This document shows, piece by piece, positions 25,547 through 30,737 of a stretch of 30,737 nucleotides of DNA (positions are counted from its first letter, which is position 1; every line of letters begins with the position of its first letter). Origin of the DNA: a virus (lineage: Duplodnaviria; Caudoviricetes). The notes below the pieces were generated by a model that did not search any database, had not been told where the DNA came from, and was given only the letters and a program-made list of their open reading frames with translations. Both the position numbers and the translations under genes were made by a program. Location: positions 1-30,737 of IMG/VR virus record IMGVR_UViG_3300011335_000651. One strand, written 5' to 3'.

Positions 25547-26076
25547 GAAAAATGTTAATAGGAGCATTAGTGGGAAGTGTACTATTATTTGGATCAATAG
25601 GAGTTTACTACCAATATTTTACGCGAGAAGCACAAGACAGAAAGATAAAGGAAATATATAATAAATTAATAGTAAATACAGGTCAGTCTCAAGATGCATT
25701 ACAGTTAGTAATTTCTGAAGAGTTGATAGACAATGCGTATAATGACGGCAAAAAGATAGTCATATATAGAGGGCTAATAAATAATGCTGAGTCTTGGGAC
25801 GAGGTAGCTTTAGTATTAGGGCACGAGATAGCTCACGGGATGCTAGGGCATCTGAGTAATTGGCCAGAAACTTCAACGGCAAGCCAGATATCCGTATTAG
25901 AAGCTAACGCAGATAAAATGGGAGCAGTATATATGATGAAAGCGGGATACGATGTGTGCAAAGGTAGAAACATATACAAAAGATGGAAAGAAGAATCAGG
26001 AAATGCATTAGGACAAGACCACCCGGAAAATAGCTATAGGTATGATGAACTTAATATTAACTGTGGAGAAAAATAA
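25543..26076 (+). CDS. M48-family zinc metallopeptidase with N-terminal membrane anchor
   Basis: TM segment, DNAY, EVALVLGHEIAH (HExxH), LEANADKMG, KAGYD, DHP...R. Confidence 0.9.
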   Translation: MRKMLIGALVGSVLLFGSIGVYYQYFTREAQDRKIKEIYNKLIVNTGQSQDALQLVISEELIDNAYNDGKKIVIYRGLINNAESWDEVALVLGHEIAHGMLGHLSNWPETSTASQISVLEANADKMGAVYMMKAGYDVCKGRNIYKRWKEESGNALGQDHPENSYRYDELNINCGEK

Positions 26077-26306
26077 TGGAAAGTCAAGAAAGTAAAATCA
26101 GAAAAGGGCAAGCATTTAATCTTGCAGTTAACGACTCAATAGCTAAAGGAGAGAGTGGTAACCCTAAGTATATCTATCAGCAATTCATTTATTATTATAA
26201 CTTAGCAGACATTGTTCAAGGCAGCGACTTGGACATGATTAGTAGCGTACTAAATAACCCCAACTTCGACAACGCGATAAAAGCGTTGAAGGATAGTGTA
26301 AAATGA
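26076..26306 (+). CDS. Hypothetical protein
   Basis: GGAG RBS, coupled at both ends. Confidence 0.65.
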   Translation: MESQESKIRKGQAFNLAVNDSIAKGESGNPKYIYQQFIYYYNLADIVQGSDLDMISSVLNNPNFDNAIKALKDSVK

Positions 26307-26653
26307 ATAAATGTCACTGCTCAATAAAGGGTAAACTAACTTGCAGAGACCAAATATTACAGGCACTAACAGAAGTAATAGACGACACTATGCAGGTGTT
26401 CGATTTTGGTGCTAAGAAGCACCCCGACGAGGAAAATACCCCAAACTTTTTATTACTCGAGGGGAACAAATGCCAATTAGAAGTTAGAGGGAAGAGTATA
26501 TTAGGACATGCTGCAAAGTGCTATATGGATGTGGGGGCTAAAGATGACGAGTCAGATTTACCACATTTGTTGCATTTAATCTCATCAGCAGCTATACTAT
26601 ATATAAGACATAAACGAGGCATTAAACATCCGGAGGACAAAAATGAACTATGA
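26303..26653 (+). CDS. dATP/dGTP diphosphohydrolase-like domain (DUF5664)
   Basis: VFDFGAKKH...D-ESDLPHLLH resembles the FGAxKY...DxESGLxHLxH signature. Confidence 0.65.
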   Translation: MNKCHCSIKGKLTCRDQILQALTEVIDDTMQVFDFGAKKHPDEENTPNFLLLEGNKCQLEVRGKSILGHAAKCYMDVGAKDDESDLPHLLHLISSAAILYIRHKRGIKHPEDKNEL

Positions 26654-26909
26654 GTTAGAAGTAGAAGGACTGTTAAAGAATAAAGAAGACATTCACTTAG
26701 TTGCCGGACTAGCTGCGGAAGTGGGGGAAGTATGCTCAATTTTTCAGAAAGCTAGCTACAAGTCTCAACCACTAGATATTGAGCAACTAAGAGAAGAATT
26801 GGGGGACGTTTATTTTTACACGACTGCGTTAGCAAATAAATATGGATTCTCTATATCTGGCTTATTAGAATCTAATATAAAAAAGCTACACAGACGACAT
26901 GGTAACTGA
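26643..26909 (+). CDS. mazG: MazG-like nucleotide pyrophosphohydrolase
   Basis: GLAAEVGEV...EELGDVYFY...NIKKLHRR. Confidence 0.9.
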   Translation: MNYELEVEGLLKNKEDIHLVAGLAAEVGEVCSIFQKASYKSQPLDIEQLREELGDVYFYTTALANKYGFSISGLLESNIKKLHRRHGN

Positions 26910-27249
26910 CCAAGACGTCAATATTATTATGAACCTATCCTGCGGGGAAAAGCCAGAAAAAAGAATCCGAGAGTTTTTAAATGAGTTACTGATAAACAAA
27001 AGAGACAAAGAGTTAAGGATAGAGTTTTTTAATAAGACGTACAAAGCTTTCTTCTCTACATATTTTTCTAAATTTGCAGGGAGATATAAAGAAGAGTGTA
27101 TACAAGAAGCATACATACATTCTTTAGGAATGCTAGTAAATAACTGTTCACTAGAAGCAGCCTTACAAGAAGGAATAAGGGCCGCAAATAAAATACATAG
27201 ATCTTTAAGGGGATATGATGAAATTACAACTGGCGGAATACAATATTGA
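26899..27249 (+). CDS. Hypothetical protein
   Basis: 116-aa ORF overlapping both neighbours, co-oriented. Confidence 0.6.
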   Translation: MVTDQDVNIIMNLSCGEKPEKRIREFLNELLINKRDKELRIEFFNKTYKAFFSTYFSKFAGRYKEECIQEAYIHSLGMLVNNCSLEAALQEGIRAANKIHRSLRGYDEITTGGIQY

Positions 27250-29122
27250 AAAGATGTCACTTGAAGAGTATCTAAAGTTAGCAAAAAAGGATTCTTCAGT
27301 GTACGATTCACCTGCCACCCGGATGTTAAAAGCAATTGGGGAACCGGAGAAGATAGACACTTCTAAAAACCCCAAGCTTAGTAGAATATTTGGTAATCGA
27401 ACTATCAGAAGATATAAAGAGTTCGAAGATTTTTATGGACTAGAAGACGTAGTAGCTAGGATAGTTTCATTCTTCCAACATGCTGCACAGAATCTAGAAG
27501 AGTCTAGGCAAATTCTCTATCTGCTCGGCCCAGTGGGTTCTGCAAAGAGTTCGCTTGTGGAGAGACTAAAGTCTCTTATGGAGAAGGCACCTATTTATAT
27601 ACTAGCAGACCATGAGGGCAATCCAAGCCCCATCAATGAGTCTCCTTTAAGCGTGTGTGGAGTGGACGTACTAAAAAGTGCAGGCCTGAACATTAATAAG
27701 AGCAACATAGTAATTCCTAGCCCGTGGGCTACTAAGAGATTGAAGGAGTATAAAGGTGATTTGTCACGATTTACAGTCATTAAAAGAATGCCTAGTCAGC
27801 TTGAACAAGTCGCAATCTCAAAAACTGAGCCAGGAGATGAGAACAATCAGGATATCTCCGCACTTGTTGGGAAAGTTGACATTAGAAAGCTTGAACATTA
27901 TAGCCAGAGTGACCCAGATGCATACAGTTATTGCGGGGGGCTGTGTCTATCTAATCAGGGAATGTTAGAGTTCGTTGAGATGTTTAAAGCTCCTATCAAG
28001 ATGTTGCATCCGTTGTTGACAGCAACTCAAGAGAAGAACTACAAAGGTACTGAAGCTATATCAGCTATTCCGTTCCAAGGCGTAATCGTAGCACACAGCA
28101 ATGAATCAGAATGGGATACTTTCAAGAACAATCGTAACAATGAAGCGTTTTTGGACAGGGTGTACATTGTAGAAGTACCGTATTGCTTACAAGTAGATGA
28201 AGAGAAAAAGATTTATCAGAAGCTACTTAGTAGTAGTACGCTAAAAGATGCTCCTACAGCTCCGTATACTCTTGAATTGTTAGCTCAGTTCAGTGTTCTA
28301 ACTCGATTAGAAGAGCCAGAGAACTCAAGCGTTGTAACTAAGATGAGAGTATATAACGGGGAGAACGTTAAAGAAAAAGACTCAAAAGCGAAAAGCTTCC
28401 AAGAATACAAAGACGGAGCTAGTGCCGATGAGGGGTTCAGCGGAGTATCCACTCGACTCGCATATAAAGTGCTTGCTGAGGTGTATAACTTCGATCACGA
28501 CGAAATAGCAGCCGACCCAGTACATTTGTTATACGTACTAGAAAAGACTGTACTAAATAGTAGATTGCCACAGGAAACACAGACAGAGTACTTAGATTAC
28601 ATTAAAGAGTATTTGGCACCGTTTTACGCTCAGAAGGTAGGCCAAGACATTCAAACAGCATATCTTGACAGCTATGATGAATATGGACAATCTCTATTTG
28701 ACAGATATATTGTATTCGCGGACCATTGGGTACAAGATAATGACTATAGAGACGTTGACACAGGACAAATGTTCAATAGAGAGCTGTTGAACAAAGAGTT
28801 AGAGAAACTAGAAAAACCAGCAGAAATAGCAAACCCGAAAGACTTCCGTCATGAGGTAGTTAATTTTGCTCTTAGATATCAAGCTAGAAATGACGGCAAG
28901 AATCCAGCATGGACAGCATATGAGAAACTAAGACGAGTTATTCAAGCTACTATGTTTTCTAAAACTCAAGACTTGCTTCCAGTAATCAGCTTTACAGGCA
29001 AGGGGAACAAAGAAGATGCCAGTAAACATGAGGCGTTCGTTGCTAGGATGATAGAGTTAGGCTATACTGAAAGACAGGTGCGTCGTATAGTAGAATGGCA
29101 CATGAGAGTTGTCAACTCGTAG
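27215..29122 (+). CDS. yeaG: YeaG/PrkA-family AAA+ protein
   Basis: RMLKAIGEP, LEESRQILYLLGPVG, KTEPGDENNQDISALVGKVDIRKLE, EFVEMFKAPIK.LHPLLTATQE, AHSNESEW, NEAFLDR, NPKDFRHEVVNF, GYTERQVR. Full length. Confidence 0.96.
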   Translation: MMKLQLAEYNIEKMSLEEYLKLAKKDSSVYDSPATRMLKAIGEPEKIDTSKNPKLSRIFGNRTIRRYKEFEDFYGLEDVVARIVSFFQHAAQNLEESRQILYLLGPVGSAKSSLVERLKSLMEKAPIYILADHEGNPSPINESPLSVCGVDVLKSAGLNINKSNIVIPSPWATKRLKEYKGDLSRFTVIKRMPSQLEQVAISKTEPGDENNQDISALVGKVDIRKLEHYSQSDPDAYSYCGGLCLSNQGMLEFVEMFKAPIKMLHPLLTATQEKNYKGTEAISAIPFQGVIVAHSNESEWDTFKNNRNNEAFLDRVYIVEVPYCLQVDEEKKIYQKLLSSSTLKDAPTAPYTLELLAQFSVLTRLEEPENSSVVTKMRVYNGENVKEKDSKAKSFQEYKDGASADEGFSGVSTRLAYKVLAEVYNFDHDEIAADPVHLLYVLEKTVLNSRLPQETQTEYLDYIKEYLAPFYAQKVGQDIQTAYLDSYDEYGQSLFDRYIVFADHWVQDNDYRDVDTGQMFNRELLNKELEKLEKPAEIANPKDFRHEVVNFALRYQARNDGKNPAWTAYEKLRRVIQATMFSKTQDLLPVISFTGKGNKEDASKHEAFVARMIELGYTERQVRRIVEWHMRVVNS

Positions 29123-29131
29123 GAGAATACC

Positions 29132-29317
29132 ATGCCAATTTATGAGTACGTTTGTACAAATTGTGGCCACAACCTAGAGGCGATTCAGAAATTTTCTGAT
29201 GAGCCTCTGGTTAAATGCCCTAAGTGTAAAAAGAAATCTTTAGAAAAGCAGATGAGTACTGGAGGGATGTTCATTCTCAAGGGAGACGGGTTCTATAAAA
29301 GCAGGAGTATAGAATGA
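29132..29317 (+). CDS. FmdB-family zinc-ribbon protein
   Basis: MPIYEYVCTNCG...DEPLVKCPKC...FILKGDGFY. AGGAG RBS. Confidence 0.92.
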   Translation: MPIYEYVCTNCGHNLEAIQKFSDEPLVKCPKCKKKSLEKQMSTGGMFILKGDGFYKSRSIE

Positions 29318-30543
29318 CAATTACAGATAAGCGCAAAGCAGGGAAGAATAAATCAGTGGGGAACCGTCAAAAGTTCCTCAAGCGATATAAAGGACATATA
29401 AAGCGGTCAGTAGAAAAAATATCCTCTGATAAGGGTATAACTGATGTGCTTAAGGACCGGAAAGTTACTGTAGATAAAGACTCTATCCATGAACCTAATT
29501 TTAATTTTGACTTATCAACAGGTGAGCGCGACCTAGTATTCCCAGGTAACAAGAACAAATCCATCGGGGATAAAATTTATCGCCCAGAGGAAGGAGAAGG
29601 ACAGGGAACAGAGGGAAGCGAAGAGGGGGAAGGCACAGATGACTTTACATTCACTCTAACTAAGGAAGAGTTTTTAGACTTATACTTTAACGACATGTGT
29701 CTACCTGATTTTATTAAAGAGTCGCTGAAAGGTTCTACAAAGACTAAATGGAAGAGAACCGGTTACTCTAAAGATGGTATACCACCTAGACTTGATTTAG
29801 TTAAAACTCTTAAGCAAGGAATGGCCAGAAGAATAGCTACTAAAAAAGATTGTGAGTTCTGCAACGGGAATGTACCAGAAGAAGGTCCATGTTGGAAATG
29901 TAGTGGGACAGGAATTAAACAACAACGCTACTTAGATGATATTGACCTTAGATACAAACACTTTACTAAACAACCTTTCCCTATTAGGCAAGCTACAATG
30001 ATATGTCTAATGGACGTATCTGGGTCGATGGAAGAGTTTGAAAAAACGTTGGCTAAAAAGTTCTTCTTGCTATTGTACTTATTTTTACACAAAGTATACA
30101 AAACAGTAGATGTCATCTTTGTTAGTCACACACAGGAAGCGAAAGAAGTAACCGAACATGAGTTTTTCCATGGACAGGAGTCTGGAGGAACTATCGTTAG
30201 TTCTGGCTTGGAGTTGGTTAATAACATTATTGACAAGAGAATCGACTTATCTACTACTAACGTGTATATCTCCCAAGCTTCTGACGGGGACAACTGGGGT
30301 GGGGATGAAGAACTGAGTGCTACACTATTAGAGCAGTTGCTAGGTAAAGTCCAATACTTCGCGTACATACAAACAGAAGACCGACGAAGAAGGGACATGA
30401 AAATTAAGTATGAAGTTAAAGACTTGATGCATTTGTATCAAACCATAGCTAGTTCACATAAGAACTTACAAGCTAGGCATGTGACGCAGGAATCCGATGT
30501 ATATCCTGTGTTGAGAAGTTTATTTGAGGAGGATAAAAAATGA
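29314..30543 (+). CDS. yeaH: YeaH/YhbH (DUF444) vWA-domain protein with inserted zinc finger
   Basis: KNKSVGNRQKFLKRYK, VFPGN, LMDVSGSM (MIDAS), AKKFFLLLYLFL, ESGGTIVSS, QASDGDNW. Confidence 0.95.
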   Translation: MTITDKRKAGKNKSVGNRQKFLKRYKGHIKRSVEKISSDKGITDVLKDRKVTVDKDSIHEPNFNFDLSTGERDLVFPGNKNKSIGDKIYRPEEGEGQGTEGSEEGEGTDDFTFTLTKEEFLDLYFNDMCLPDFIKESLKGSTKTKWKRTGYSKDGIPPRLDLVKTLKQGMARRIATKKDCEFCNGNVPEEGPCWKCSGTGIKQQRYLDDIDLRYKHFTKQPFPIRQATMICLMDVSGSMEEFEKTLAKKFFLLLYLFLHKVYKTVDVIFVSHTQEAKEVTEHEFFHGQESGGTIVSSGLELVNNIIDKRIDLSTTNVYISQASDGDNWGGDEELSATLLEQLLGKVQYFAYIQTEDRRRRDMKIKYEVKDLMHLYQTIASSHKNLQARHVTQESDVYPVLRSLFEEDKK

Positions 30544-30596
30544 TAATTGGAATGTGGTTAACTTGGGTATCTATCTTAATGATGGCGTTTATGTAG
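30540..30596 (+). CDS. Possible hydrophobic micro-peptide (18 aa)
   Basis: GGAGG RBS and ATGA overlap with yeaH. MIIGMWLTWVSILMMAFM. Confidence 0.4.
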   Translation: MIIGMWLTWVSILMMAFM

Positions 30597-30606
30597 GAGA
30601 ACTATA

Positions 30607-30737
30607 ATGAGAACTGAACCGAATTTGAAAGACTGGGCAGAGGCACTAATTTACGGTATTACTGGGGATGAAATATATAATCCAAAGTTGGTTAGTTGGG
30701 TAGAAGCCGAACTTAATGATATAGCGGATAAGTTCTA
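30607..30737 (+). CDS. Hypothetical protein, 3' truncated
   Basis: AGGAG RBS. MRTEPNLKDWAEALIYGITGDEIYNPKLVSWVEAELNDIADKF, open to the window end. Confidence 0.6.
   Translation, partial: MRTEPNLKDWAEALIYGITGDEIYNPKLVSWVEAELNDIADKF

Noticed and set aside
26303-26909. Complete 2-aminoadenine (dZ) pathway
   Set aside because: No PurZ or HD-domain DatZ in the window, and GATC avoidance argues against full adenine replacement.
17232-30398. Minus-strand ORFs over the early/replication arm other than clpP and the endolysin (e.g. 17399-17782, 18830-19162, 26886-27335)
   Set aside because: Antisense to genes with clear family motifs.
30607-30737. Start of spoVR/ycgB after yeaH
   Set aside because: The 43 visible residues do not show the SpoVR N-terminal pattern I recall. 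The gene may lie further right.

Overview
Fragment of a tailed dsDNA phage genome with a P22-like podovirus layout, AT-rich, and with no RNA polymerase, integrase, tRNA or CRISPR array visible. The minus-strand late arm (1-15991) reads, in transcription order: 3TM holin, TerS, TerL, portal, GroES-like protein, scaffold, decoration protein, major capsid, beta-helix protein, tail-fibre-like protein, gp4-like adaptor, gp10-like tail hub, and a long tail fibre (missing from the ORF track) that runs off the left edge. A ~780-bp divergent control region (15992-16771) holds near-consensus sigma70 promoters, IHF-consensus sites and a G-tract. The plus-strand arm has many tiny early ORFs, a pentapeptide-repeat protein, a truncated ClpX-like ATPase, a Fis-like protein, an inverted GH19 endolysin + ClpP cassette, a putative SSB, family A DNA polymerase, YqaJ nuclease, M48 peptidase, DUF5664-like and MazG nucleotide hydrolases, and a bacterial-type yeaG(prkA)-fmdB-yeaH module. 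Main leads: (1) a phage proteostasis set: YeaG/YeaH with a DnaJ-type zinc finger inside YeaH, and a ClpX that keeps the ClpP-docking IGF loop but has lost the GYVG pore loop; (2) two long, highly structured non-coding segments (~5745-6115 minus strand, with its own promoter and two H-type pseudoknots; ~22470-22930 plus strand) that look like unannotated large RNAs; (3) a polymerase with an aberrant motif B. All family calls come from motif recognition by eye; no searches were run.
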